A stretch of DNA of 64,000 bases, from NCBI GenBank assembly GCA_030264375.1, contig JASCQW010000112.1, positions 78,001,446-78,065,445 on the forward strand, written 5' to 3'. Every line of letters begins with the position of its first letter. Position 1 is the stretch's first letter. The notes beneath the pieces are model-generated. The model searched no databases and had not been told where the DNA came from. It saw nothing but the letters and a program-made list of their open reading frames with translations. Position numbers and translations under genes: made by a program. Source of the stretch: Carcharhinus longimanus (Eukaryota). This document shows, in pieces, positions 13,595-26,000 of the stretch.

Positions 13595-14639
13595 AGGTCT
13601 TCCATTTGATGAATCCAGCCGCTTCTGTAGTCCCAGTCTAACGTTTTCAGGGAAGGCAGCGAGTTGGCTTCACTTGGCCTGTCGAAGAAAATACCCCCGC
13701 CCCGAGTAAAGCAGGGGCAGCATTTGATAAAAACGCCAACATTTAATAAGACATTGCAACAGAAAACAAGAAAACTCGCATTCAGGCCTGGAAATAAATA
13801 GAAGGCCAAATGTTTGAACAATAATAGGTTCGTTCCGTTATTCCTATAAACATCTTAATCAATTAATAGTTAATCTTTAAGAAATGGAACAAAGGAGTTA
13901 TATGAAGAAGTCAGACTGTACAACGCGTTTACACAACATTTACACTGATCTATCCTTCAATGTTTGGTTCCGCTTTTCCAACGCTCATTAGTTTTGAGAA
14001 ACATTAAAAATTAGATTTATAAAAGCAGCATTTTATTGTTTGTGAACCGATGTAAAGTCACAATCGACCGACAGCCGGTTTTCCACATGCTCCATCCGCC
14101 ATCATGTATCCAAAATGACTGACAGGAAAGGATCAGGGAGGGAGTGATCGGGATTTGGGTGGAATGAAGGGGACCTTCCCCAGGGCAGCGGGACGGAGCA
14201 GCCCAATGCTCCCCAGCTCCCCTTCCCCAATCCTCTACTCTCCCTGACTGACTCCCCCAGAGCCCTCAGCCTCCCACAGCAGCCCCCCCCCCCCCACCCC
14301 AGCCCCGGCTCCTAGCCCGCAGGTCCTGGCCGAGTGCTCTCATAATGAGGCAGCAGCACATCCCTGCCTCCTCAGGCCCATTCCATCACAGTGCAGGAGG
14401 AGCAAGGCTGGGAATGGGGAGGGGGGACTGGGAAGGGAATACAAATGCAATGAATCATCAATACTCAGCCCTCCGCTGCAGCACTGTGGCTTCATGTGTA
14501 AACTGGGATTGCACCCTCGCACAGAGAGAGACAGGGAGAAGGAGGCAGAAAATAGTCCGGAGCCGCTTCCTGCTCTCTGAGCCCCCTCTCAGCCCAGCCT
14601 GAGCTAACTTGCAGCAGACACTGACCTTCCCGCAATGCC

Positions 14640-14880
14640 ATTCTCCGGGCCCGCGGCTCTGCGCGGTGGCAGCACAGGGACTGGGGGCTGGAGGAGGCGG
14701 TGATTGGGTCCCTCCCGCCTTGCCAGTGTAACCCTCCGCCCAGCCTGGCTGCTGATTGGCTGAGGGCCGGGCCGGCTCTCGGCAGGCTCTGATTGGCCGC
14801 TGTTTGGGGGCTTGCAGCGAGTGTTGGGGGCGAGCGGGCCAGGGGCCGGTTGAATTGCAGCAAGCTGGCTCGGCGCGACG
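14640..14880 (+). promoter_or_regulatory. foxg1 proximal promoter (CpG/GC-rich, three inverted CCAAT boxes, GC box)
   Basis: TGATTGG with ATTGG at 14703-14707, 14755-14759 and 14792-14796; CCGCCC at 14736-14741; dense CpG immediately upstream of the CDS. TSS not directly visible; probably near 14850. Confidence 0.7.
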
Positions 14881-14893
14881 TGTTTTTAAGAAG

Positions 14894-14902
14894 ATGAAGT
14901 AG
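14894..14902 (+). other. Minimal upstream ORF (ATG AAG TAG, Met-Lys-stop)
   Basis: aagATGAAGTAG with A at -3. It is a uORF only if the TSS lies upstream of 14894. Confidence 0.45.
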
Positions 14903-14921
14903 TGGCGCTTTTTTTTACTAC

Positions 14922-15002
14922 ATGAGTTGCCAGCGTTTGCGATTGCGGTCCAACTGTGCTGCTGCAATTTTACCTGTGTGTGATGTTGGACATGGGAGAT
15001 AA
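14922..15002 (+). other. Overlapping out-of-frame upstream ORF, 26 aa ([26 protein letters not shown])
   Basis: ATG at 14922 is open to TAA at 15000-15002 and overlaps the foxg1 ATGs at 14983 and 14992 in a different frame. Translation is not demonstrated. Confidence 0.6.
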
Positions 15003-16215
15003 GAAAGAAGTGAAAATGATTCCGAAATCATCCTTCAGCATAAACAGCCTGGTGCCCGAAGCGGTTCAAAGTGACAACCGACACCGCTCTGCCCCCGAAC
15101 AGGAGGAGAAAAGCCTCTTGCCAACACTGGAGTCCAAGTCTGAAAATACTCTAGGCAAAAGTGACAGCAGCTCAGCGGAGCCGCCCTGCTCCGAGGAGAA
15201 GGAGAAGCAGGAAGAGAAAAAGAGCGAGGGGGGGAAGGAAGGAGACTCCGGCAAGGAGGGAGAGAAGAAAAATGGCAAATACGAGAAGCCCCCGTTCAGT
15301 TATAACGCTCTGATTATGATGGCCATCCGACAAAGTCCCGAGAAGCGGCTCACTCTCAATGGCATCTATGAGTTCATCATGAAGAACTTCCCTTATTACC
15401 GGGAGAACAAGCAAGGCTGGCAAAACTCCATCCGCCACAACCTCAGCCTCAACAAATGCTTTGTCAAAGTTCCCAGACATTACGATGACCCGGGGAAGGG
15501 CAATTACTGGATGTTGGACCCATCCAGTGACGATGTCTTTATAGGCGGCACCACCGGCAAACTGCGCAGGAGATCCACCACTTCGAGGGCAAAGTTAGCC
15601 TTCAAGCGGGGAGCCCGCCTCACCTCCACCGGACTGACTTTCATGGACAGGGCGGGTTCCTTATATTGGCCCGTGTCCCCATTCCTGTCCCTGCACCATC
15701 CCAGAGCCAGCAGTACTTTAAGTTATAATGGAACCACCTCACCTTACCCCAGCCATCCGATGTCCTACAGCTCGGTGCTAACTCAGAACTCTCTGGCGAA
15801 CAACCACTCATTTCCAACATCAAACGGCTTAAGTGTAGACAGACTGGTTAACGGAGAAATTCCTTATGCCACCCACCACCTAACGGCCGCGGCCGCCTTG
15901 GCCGCCTCGGTGCCCTGCGGCTTGTCCGTGCCCTGTTCTGGCACATATTCGTTAAATCCCTGCTCGGTGAACCTCTTGGCAGGACAGACAAGTTACTTTT
16001 TCCCCCACGTTCCTCACCCTTCAATGACTTCTCAAAGCAGTACTTCGATGGCGGCCAGAACAGCGTCCTCCTCGTCGCCACAGGCTCCTTCAACTCTCCC
16101 CTGTGAGTCTCTAAGACCTTCTTTGCCAAGTTTCTCCACAGGACTTTCTGCAGGGCTATCTGATTACTTCACACATCAAAACCAGGGGCCCTCGTCAAAC
16201 CCTCTAATACACTAA
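14983..16215 (+). CDS. foxg1: Forkhead box protein G1 (brain factor 1), single coding exon, 410 aa
   Basis: Starts [29 protein letters not shown] (eh1 motif FSINSLV at 15034-15054). Forkhead domain [79 protein letters not shown] at 15286-15522, then [23 protein letters not shown] and C-terminus ...[19 protein letters not shown], all typical of vertebrate FOXG1. The ORF-track GTG start at 14956 is upstream of the true ATG. Confidence 0.98.
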   Translation: MLDMGDKKEVKMIPKSSFSINSLVPEAVQSDNRHRSAPEQEEKSLLPTLESKSENTLGKSDSSSAEPPCSEEKEKQEEKKSEGGKEGDSGKEGEKKNGKYEKPPFSYNALIMMAIRQSPEKRLTLNGIYEFIMKNFPYYRENKQGWQNSIRHNLSLNKCFVKVPRHYDDPGKGNYWMLDPSSDDVFIGGTTGKLRRRSTTSRAKLAFKRGARLTSTGLTFMDRAGSLYWPVSPFLSLHHPRASSTLSYNGTTSPYPSHPMSYSSVLTQNSLANNHSFPTSNGLSVDRLVNGEIPYATHHLTAAAALAASVPCGLSVPCSGTYSLNPCSVNLLAGQTSYFFPHVPHPSMTSQSSTSMAARTASSSSPQAPSTLPCESLRPSLPSFSTGLSAGLSDYFTHQNQGPSSNPLIH

Positions 16216-16498
16216 CATATCCCTTCGAAAAGACTGTAAGTTAACATTTTACACACATTTGCGTTGTAAATAATTCTCAAAAAAAAAGCCCAGGTATTTT
16301 TATTCAACTCCCCATTGTTGTCTGCATTTTGTCAGATTCCGTAGGGTTGTTTGTTTATTCAATTTCAGCAATGTGCAATTTGAGGCGGGTTAGATAGCAA
16401 ACCACTAGTTAAATTAATGTAGACTGTGTATTTAATACGACTACATTCCAACTAAGTTTAAAATTAGACAGCTTTGTTCCACCAAATGTCCATGTTTG

Positions 16499-16506
16499 CA
16501 GTATTA
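16499..16506 (+). promoter_or_regulatory. miR-200b/c/429 8mer seed match in foxg1 3' UTR
   Basis: CAGTATTA; Foxg1 is an established miR-200-family target in other vertebrates. Confidence 0.65.
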
Positions 16507-16646
16507 GAAGTTACCTGATTTCAATATTGGCGGAGACAATTTACACTAAAATAATCAAAATTTGAAGTTTGATTTGTATTTCGTAACCTTACTTAAAACA
16601 TGCTTAACCTTTCGGTCATTTTATCATTTGGTTACAAAATGGTTCA

Positions 16647-16685
16647 TGTTTACTTTCAGACCAAAGACGGGGGCTAGAAATGCAC
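16647..16685 (+). promoter_or_regulatory. Clustered miRNA seed matches: miR-30 (TGTTTAC 16647-16653), miR-9 8mer (ACCAAAGA 16660-16667), miR-33-like (AATGCAC 16679-16685)
   Basis: Motifs seen directly; miR-9 regulation of the Foxg1 3' UTR is established in vertebrates. Confidence 0.7.
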
Positions 16686-17040
16686 TCCTTGTTTAAAAGA
16701 ACAAGTACTTTGAAAATAATTCCTAGTTTCCAGTTTACAACACTGCCTGCAAAGAATCAGAAGGGGACAATATTGATGATTGCCTTTAGCTTGTGTTGTG
16801 CATAATTCGATGTATGTGACCACTAACAGTTCCCTTTTCAGTTCCTTATGTAAATGTAGTGAAATGTGTAAACCTATTGTACTTAAAGGATAAATTTTGC
16901 GGACGTGTAACTTGTGTTGCTTAAATGCTTCATAAATTCCTTGAGTGATTGTTAATGTTGTCTCTAAATTTCATGATTGTGATATTGTGATCATATGCCC
17001 GTGTTGTCACTTAAAATGTTTACTATACAGAAGGCACCGA

Positions 17041-17046
17041 AATAAA
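17041..17046 (+). terminator. Polyadenylation signal of foxg1
   Basis: AATAAA ~830 nt after the stop, followed by a T-rich downstream element (CTTGTCCTTTTCTTT). Confidence 0.65.
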
Positions 17047-20000
17047 AAAAATAGGTTACATTCAGAAATGTTGACATCTTGTCCTTTTCTTTACCACCGC
17101 TAAATGCAGTAGCGATTTGCAGCAATATTTTTTTAAATGGAGGCTTTCCTGCCTCGTGCATCCCTGTGTCCCATCAACAAGAGACAGAGAGAAAAAGCTA
17201 TCAGTCAGAGGCAATGAACAGTGCGCGTTATCCAGGCCTAACTTATCCTCTCCCACTCCTATTTAACCCGAACCCATGCTGCAATCTCGGGGCTGGTTTC
17301 CAATGTATTTAACATTTTCAGAACTGATTGTTACAGTTCTTAACAAATCTTCCATATTCGCACAATCTGTTTCTAGTTCAGCGTTCAGCGTATTACAAAT
17401 TGTAGATTCCAAAATCAACAATATAGACCAGAAGTGATTTTTAACAGTGCAACCAATAACATTTATGTTCACTGTCTTACAACTCTTTAAATCGTTTGTC
17501 CATCATGTGTCATTTATTTAAATTCTAAACCACCCAGTATTCGCTGAGGTGTAGATTTTCAGAGTTAATAGATATATAATATATTTTGGATGTGAATCCC
17601 ACATCTGGTTTCACGGGGCCTTGTCCTTTCACAGGCAGAAAACATCAATGCATTTCTTTGAAACAATGGTCAGCTTCCAAAGATGAATTAACAACCCAGT
17701 CCCGCCGCCGATAAAGCATTTCAAATATGAAGGTTTTCAAAAAGTGAATTAGCCCTCAGAAAACTTAGTTGAAAGTTTATATATTAATATTCATTTGCTG
17801 AATTATTCTGACGGTGGGCTGTTGTTTACAAAGTCACATTAAAGAGGAGGACCGATGAAAACAAACGAGTGTTAGGGCAGAAAACTGTCAAGGGTTGCAG
17901 GTACTTTCGGTATCTTGACAATTAAGAAACAGAACCTGATTTGTAAATAAAACCTTTAGTATAAATGATAGCCTGTGTCAGTGAATGGTATGTACACTTA
18001 CTGCCTTGTTTCAGATTAATTAAATTTATACAATGACCCAGAGACCTGATATTATTGCTTATGACTAAAAATATTCACATTCTCAATGATAAGTAGAGAC
18101 TGTCTCCCCACATTGTGAGAAAACTTTGCATTTTTTTGTAAATCCGCTCCGCCTGTAGTCCTGTGCCAGGCTGCTGCCCTTAACAATTCTTCTAGTCCCA
18201 TGTTGGATATGCCCACGAGTAATGCAAGAAGGTCTGGTGCCTCTTACAATAGGCCCGAAGGAAAATCAATCTCTGCTCTAGATGTTATCAGTGCAATGTT
18301 AAACGGGGTTATATGGAAGGAGGAAATGTGTCTGGTGAATTAGATGCAACCAAATTTATGTGGAAGAAAGGAGAATTTGCCAGGCGCTGTTGAGGTGATC
18401 TATTATTAATGTTTTTTGACTGCTAAAGAAACGTGAAGGTTCATTTACATAGTGACAGTACGCAGTGACGTTGGCTGCCATTGGTACGGCTGGCTTCTCC
18501 ATACGTGTTACGGTGAAATTTATATCCCGCTTCTTCCCTGAAATCCGGCGCTCCGGAACTAGAAAATAAAGTTAATCTATCTGTGGGCAATATGCTGTGT
18601 ACAGCCTATTAGAAAAATAACAAAATACATAGCTTCTTTATTTAGGTTAAAGACACAAACGTACTTTTTCCTCCCCAATCTGTGGCTCGGTTCCATAATT
18701 AACCTCGATGTTAACTCCCAAAAGAACATTATTCAATTGGGGAAAAGTTGAACGGTTTTTCGCAAGGTGCCGTTTTGCGGAAAGGACGGAGAATCACTCT
18801 CTTCTCTCACCTGGGAAGTTTCACTGAACTGGGAGCAGGAGCCGAGATGCATTTGGTAAGTGCACATTTTCCACTTCTCCTTTCAGTAATTAAGCATTAA
18901 TTTGCTAAGATTGTTTGAAAGTTGTGTATGTCTATATTACGCAGCACAATTCTTGTTGCACTGTTGTCCCTGAACTGTGATTTAATTCGTCTCTGGGGCT
19001 AAGGCGTTAGTTCAGTCACAATGATCGCCATACTGAACAGGAAATCAGTATTTTACAGATTAGACAATTTGCAGAGTTGATGCTAACTCCCAAATTAAAA
19101 TTGCGTGCTTGCTGTACAAATTCTCACAGGGTATTCTTAAGAATGTCATCTAATTACTTTTCTGATGACTTACAACCAAATTGAAATTCAGAAGACTTAA
19201 TACATATTGTATAAATCTGACCCAAAACCTAGGAAAGAGCGAGCGATTCGAGCAACAAGGAAAGGTGTATTTAATGTGGCAATTGCATTACTGTTCTATT
19301 GTCAGGTTGCTTTGTGTGTAGCTGGATTGGGAGAGGGGATTGGATGGCGACAGTATTTCTGTTCAGGAGGATATTCGCCAGTGATTGAGTGGACGTACAG
19401 TCTGAACCTCCAATTACCTTTCCACCAGATCACACCAAATCCACTGGCAGCAAGTTTAGGAAATACAACCCTGTTAAATGCGACACAGGGAGATTACCTG
19501 ATGCCTTTGTGGCGTCTAAAGAGTTAGAAGTTTGAGAATCAAACATTCCCGAATGATCAGAACAATGCTTCTTAACTAACAGTTTCAAAATACCACATGT
19601 TTTCCGTGCCGAAGCAATTAATTCCGAATGTACTGGCCTACTTTATAACTTGGCTAAAATATCTTGAATTTATGTTGAAAGGGTCTGAGGATCTGTACTT
19701 TGTCCCCGTTGATGTGTTGGATTTCGGAGCGGAAATGTTTCAAATCTTAATGTGGGGGCTTCACTTTGGGTCCAAAACAAATCAGAGTTTACTTTTGCAC
19801 GGATTTCGGTGAGCGGAACCTTCACTGGGGAGATAGTGTGCAATGAGACAGTGTGGTCTGGTGCGGAAGGTAGTGTGCAGGATCCCGGACTAACATTATA
19901 CTTTATTGTGTGATGTTATGTATGACAATCCGAGGCCATTCTTGGGACAAGACGCCAAGGTGCAGTAGAAATATAATTCCGATAATTCTATTCGGAATCT

Positions 20001-23000
20001 GATTCGTCGCAAAATATCATCTCACCACTCGAGAAAATTATCTTCATTTAACTGCACCGTGATTTCTTTAAGCGTTGAGGTTGATCCATACTGCAGATAA
20101 TATTCCCCCTGGGTTGATTTTTATTTGCTGTTGTTGTGGGATTTCTTTTTGATTTTTATTTACCAGCTCCTCTGAGTTCCACCCATGTTTGGGGGGGGGG
20201 GGGGGGGGACGAGNNNNNNNNNNNNNNNNNNNNNNNNNNNNNNNNNNNNNNNNNNNNNNNNNNNNNNNNNNNNNNNNNNNNNNNNNNNNNNNNNNNNNNN
20301 NNNNNNNNNNNNNTTTTGGCGACTTGGCAATGAGTGTTATTTCTAATATTTGTTTGATTATTTAATCCGGTTTGAAGGCCATTGTTTTTGATAACTCGGG
20401 ATTGAAATTTCGGCTCGACCCGCCTGGGTCAAACGTGGTGTTTGCTGGGTTAGGCAGAGGTGAAGGTGGATATCATTAGAGGTTTTAGGATATGCCCAGG
20501 GTTGCCCAGAGGGCGGAGTTCTTGCGCACTGTAAACTTTCAGGCCAAACCTCACCACATTCGCCTGGAAACAGATGGCAAGGACATAGAACCGGACCAAG
20601 AGTTTACCCTCAATCACCTCATGTTAGGTAGGTAATCAGTAAAAAAAACAACGCTGGAATAACTTGGATAGAGCAAATGTTAATAAAAGCAAGCATTACA
20701 TATTCCCTAATTCGCGGTAACTAAAATGTTCAGCAAACAGCTTCTGAATAGAAGCAAAAAAACAGCATGCTTAATTTGCATTACAGTTTGATTTTCTTCA
20801 CGGAGGCTACTAGTTTTAATTATTTGATTATTTGAATTTTATCGTTTTAAGCAAGTTTTAGATGTGGCGATTCCCTTTGTCAAGCCACTTTGGTGTAATC
20901 TTTTATGAATTTGATATATGGTAATTGGAAGAGAAACATAATTACCAGATGCTAAAAGGACCCATATATTTTCGAATAATATTTCTGCATTGTTGCTGAA
21001 CGTCCTGGAGTTAATTTATATTTATTCCTTGATAAATAATCTACAAATTGTTCAGTGACGTTAGATGTATATGTGTTCTAGAGAACATCAAAATCACACG
21101 TGAGGCAATTACTGAATATATTAAACTAAACCAAACAAGGAAAATAGAATTATTCACCAAATATACAAAACTGCACAAATATCAAAAATTGTGCTGAATC
21201 TTGAGATAGATCAGTATGAAATTAAAATGAGGGGACAGAATACCGAGAGGATGTCGATTTCTAAAATGTTATCTCTGTACAGGAAGTCTTTGTTCTTTGT
21301 TGTCTTTCGCAGACAATACCAACACCGATTAATTGTCTTTGCCGCCTCTTCATCGACGTTTGCGGCTGAAATTTTTTAAAGTTCCAGTATCTCTATTTAA
21401 AATATTAATTCTCAATTTGGAATGATGTAAAGGCGCGTGTCTGTACCTCGCACCGCTGCGGTTAGTGAAAGATGTGAGCGAAAACTCATCACTTGGAATT
21501 AATCTCAAACACTATTTTAGTGCAATAAAAACCCTTCCCTGTGTTAATTGCAATTAAAATGCGAGCATCGTGCTTCTATCGCGTGGGGTGTTTCTGAAAT
21601 TCTTTATCTGCCTGTAAATTTGCAGCACCTTGAGCCAATAATGTTATAATTCAGTATCTTCGGGATACAATCCTGCGTGCTAAACATGTGGAGTTTATGT
21701 TTAATATTATTTTCTAACATATTGAAGGTCAAATTACAAACATATTTTAGGTTATATAAATTGAAGAGTTAAATTTAACAGCTTCGGTGTGAAATGTAAC
21801 TGCTATAGTTTCGGTTAAATGGTAAATTCTGGTTTTCCTTTCTAACAGCAGTTTCACAGCACAGAGTAAAATATTAGTGACCCTTAAAAAGATTTTAATA
21901 TTTCCATTTTGTTAATACCTATACTATATTCAATATGTAGATTGCAAATAGGGTTTGTTTTTCAAATTATCACTTATGCCGATGTATAATATGCAATATA
22001 TTCATTTCTGAACGAGCTATACTGAGAAATATTAGAATTAGACATTTCTACATGATTATAAAAGTTAATATCCACATATCTATTTGATAGGTCGATCTAG
22101 TCATCTTGAAAATAGATGTTTTTTTCCAACGCGCGTACAGAACATTATGCCGCTGATATAATAAAATTCATACACACAAATATAATAAATGGAACAGCTA
22201 ATCGTCTGCTAAAAATGTGATTTTGTTATCTCCTATTTGAAAATATATTTATTTGCATACGGACAGGCTAAAGAGTTAAATAGTTGATATAATTAGTCCT
22301 CGCAGACCTTGTCCTGTAGTTTAACGTTATTGAGAGTGACAGGTCAGAATGTTTGCGGTGTTTTAACTGTTGTGAACTCACTACAGACAGTATTTTATTC
22401 AATTTCGGCCTACCCTAGAACTAAGCACGTTCCTCTGTTCACTCATCTTAAATTTCGTGACATTTTCAGAGAAGATTCCGAGTGTTCTCTCTCTAGTCTG
22501 GTTAAGAGTTTCCGCACAGGTGAAAATCTGGTAGATCCTCACATTGTACATTTAACACAGGTAATCATTGATATTACCTGCAAGTGAAAACGCGAGTGTT
22601 GCCGCCAGAAGACAGATAAGTTCAACTTCTTCGCTTTGATTTTTTTTTTGACAAACGCTAACCTTTCCTAAGGAAAACGAGAAGTTTGATCAGAAAGTGG
22701 GCGAGAGCGTGGGGGCGCTGTTGGTAAAGTAATGAGAATCTCCTTCAATATCTGTCGAAATTTCGCTCTTTCTTCCCCCATCTCTCTCTCTCGCTTTTCT
22801 TCACAGCTTGTGTCTGTGTTTCCAAAAACATAATGCATGTATTCGATTGTCTTTTTTGCACATTCCGCAAATACAGCACTGTCGGCACCAAGCGGCTTCT
22901 CTTCTCACGGTCTTCAGCGTTGTCGGTGCCGATCCCAAGACAGCAGCTTGACTTGGCCCCAGAGAAAGGAATGGACTTCACTTGCACTTCGCTGGGAGCA

Positions 23001-26000
23001 GAATCGGGTCCCACAACTACGCTGGCACATGCCAGCGTCTGGAGCCCGTCTGGCAAAGTCTCTGCCTCAATAACCAGGCGGTTAGGGGGAACGCTTAGGA
23101 AGGTGTCCGCAGATTTAGCAAGCATTGCAGTTCCACTCAAAGAGCAATGCTTCACTTTCCAAATTACCAACAAAAACCTATTTGTTACCCTAAAATACAC
23201 ATCAACAAAATATAGTGCTTCATTGACTTATTTGGATAGTTCGTAAAACGCAAATAATTAAAGGAATAACAATTGTCGACAATAATTATTTTACTTTATG
23301 GAAAGGATGTTTTTGAGCAGTTTTCCTCTAACCAGTTCAAACTAAATGTCTGATTGGTTTGTTATGAGAAATAATGAATTCTTTATCATCCCGGCCCGTA
23401 ATATATTTGGGGTATAATTTACATAACACTAAACTGCACAAATTTAATAACTTTAAATTTAATAACTCCTTTTCGTTGCAATCTTGATGTTGCTTAATAT
23501 TTTGACACCTGTAGTATCTATCAGGCAGTTGGATTTTTTCATCATTTTGGTACATTTTATCAGGCTGTCATTAAGCAACTATTTTTTATTCCCACTTCTG
23601 TAGTCCGCTGAACAGTAAGGCGGATGTTATTAACAGGAAGTTTAAATGTTGGATAAATAGATTTTAAAAATCAAGTGACCTTTAGGAAAGTATTATTTAT
23701 GTGTCGCCTAACTGGAAGATATAATTTCGCTGTACCTTATATTTCTAACCACTTTTAAATGTTCCATTTCGCCTTCCCTAAGATGGGCGCCTATGTGTGC
23801 ACAAACTGGACCGATTATTGAGGCATATTTTACAAATGATGCCGAGAAACAGCAAACAATGACTCTCACTCCAGGGATTTGCAAAATAATGAAGCTGGGG
23901 TTTGTCAAACCTCGGTGCCCTGACTGGCTTTAAAACAGAAAACGGCTTGAAATATACAGGAGGACCCTAAACTTTGATATGGAACGCGGTGTTGTTTCTG
24001 ATTGAATGTAAAATCAATGTTAGATAGGAAAAGGATCGCACACCCAACCCCTTTATCCCACCCAACACCTAAAAACAGAAAACTGCCTATTTGTTCACTC
24101 GAGTAGCCGTAAAGATTCTAGAACAAAATCTGTGATTTCAAAATATTAACAATAGGAGTTTGTTACAGATGCGGGAATGTAGATATAGGGAGGTAGAAGT
24201 AGAAAGTCATGTGGCTATTAGAAAATATTTTCAAAATGTCAAGCAGACATATACACGCAATTATTGATCATTTTTTTAAAAGACATTCGCATTAGTGCGA
24301 TGTCATCAAATACAGATATCCTGTTTTTCATACATAAAGAAGGGTGGAGTAAAATATGATTTATTTATTTAGCACAGGTAACTGTAAGCATCATTTTACA
24401 GTATCTAACTTTGACCAGTAACTGAGAGAAAGTGCAGCTTAGCAGATGGAGAAGTCGTCCTGGTGTACTTGTAACACCATCGAGAATTCTGGGCAGTGAA
24501 AATATCCCAAAATATCCAAATTAACAAAACATTTTTCTCAGCCGAATTAAATATCTAGCAAGGACAATAAAACATTGACAAGGCCCTTTTGTCACGTTAC
24601 GTAAACACTTTCCTGGAACGTTCTCGTCCAAATGTCAGATCTCCTCATAAAACACAATGGCAGCGACTGAAGTTACTCAAAGTTCACACCTCAATATTTA
24701 ATATAAAATGTCGGTAATTGGTTTAACAATTACACTACACCTTGTCTTTGTGCATTAGCAGTTGATGTACCCTGTCATTTTTACAATAATTATCTCCTAT
24801 GATTCATTTCAATTCCCCTTCTCGCTAAAATTAATTTCATAAATGAAACCTCCTTTTCCTTTTTTTTCTTCAGAAACGTGTCATTTTCCGGTCCCCTCCT
24901 AAGAGATTCCAATCGATTTCCACGTAAGCACGTTCCGTGATATTAGACATTACCTCTCAAACAGAATGAAGAGAAGTCAACATTTTATTAATTCATTTAA
25001 TATGAAATGGTTCAAACTATAAAGAAAATGCAACTTAGAGAAATACCAAGGCCACATTGAAGATTCCGTGTTTTAAGTGCTGTCAAATATTAAAACATTA
25101 TTTACATGGAGTAAATAAGAATTGGCCCCTCTGATATTAGTTGATATATTTAGGAAATGGGGAATTGTCTCCTCTGTAATTACATTGGAGAACTCATCTG
25201 GGACTCGGTGGAATGTATTCGCGGAAGCGTGTAAATATTGTTTGATTCGGAATGGGGTCCTAATATGGATCAAAGCGAGGGCCTGATGCGTACAATTACA
25301 GACAGTATTGTTGGGGAAAATAAAACACCGAAACATAACAACCAGTAGCTCGCAACGGTACAAATCACACACTTGGCCAAAAAAAACATTAAAAATAAAT
25401 TTCCGCTGATGAACCAACTACCGAATTTAACTACCAAAATGGGAGCGTTGTTAACGAATTGTTCGAGGTATATTGCTCCTGATCTGTGACTGGGAAAAAA
25501 AACAAACTCAGTAAATGTCATTCTCAGTAAGAAGCCATAGTTTAGAGACGGAATAATAATTCTTATTTTCTGTTCAAACTTTACCGTAACTTACTCATTC
25601 ACCCCGATTAAAATAAATTCACGCTGAAATCGACTTTGATGTTTAAAATACGTTCACAGTGCTAAAAAAAACCCCACTGTTGATAGCATTGCGTAAACAT
25701 GTCAACCACACATTTACAATGAGTCATTCATCAGAAATTGGTCACAAATTATACAAGCTTTAATTTGTATTGATTTGTGTGCTTATCTATTTGTGAAAAC
25801 TTTTTACGTAATTACCTACATAGTCATTGGCTTGTGTTAATATTACTGTATTGTTTTGGAACAGATTTCTTATAATCGCAGAGAAGCTGGCATGTGTATT
25901 TTTCAAACAATCTATTATACCGGTAGCAGATTGTTAAGAGTACTTGCAAATATCACTGGCGCTTCAATCCAAATGTGCAATTTTCAAAGGGAAGTTAAAA

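Noticed and set aside
14956-14982. 9-aa N-terminal extension of FoxG1 from the GTG start in the ORF track
   Set aside because: The conserved FoxG1 N-terminus begins at MLDMG (14983); no support for GTG initiation.
14340-16129. Antisense and promoter-overlapping ORFs (14458-14967, 14492-14863, 15172-15480, 15848-16129 and others)
   Set aside because: Expected shadows of GC-rich promoter and coding sequence; no recognisable products.
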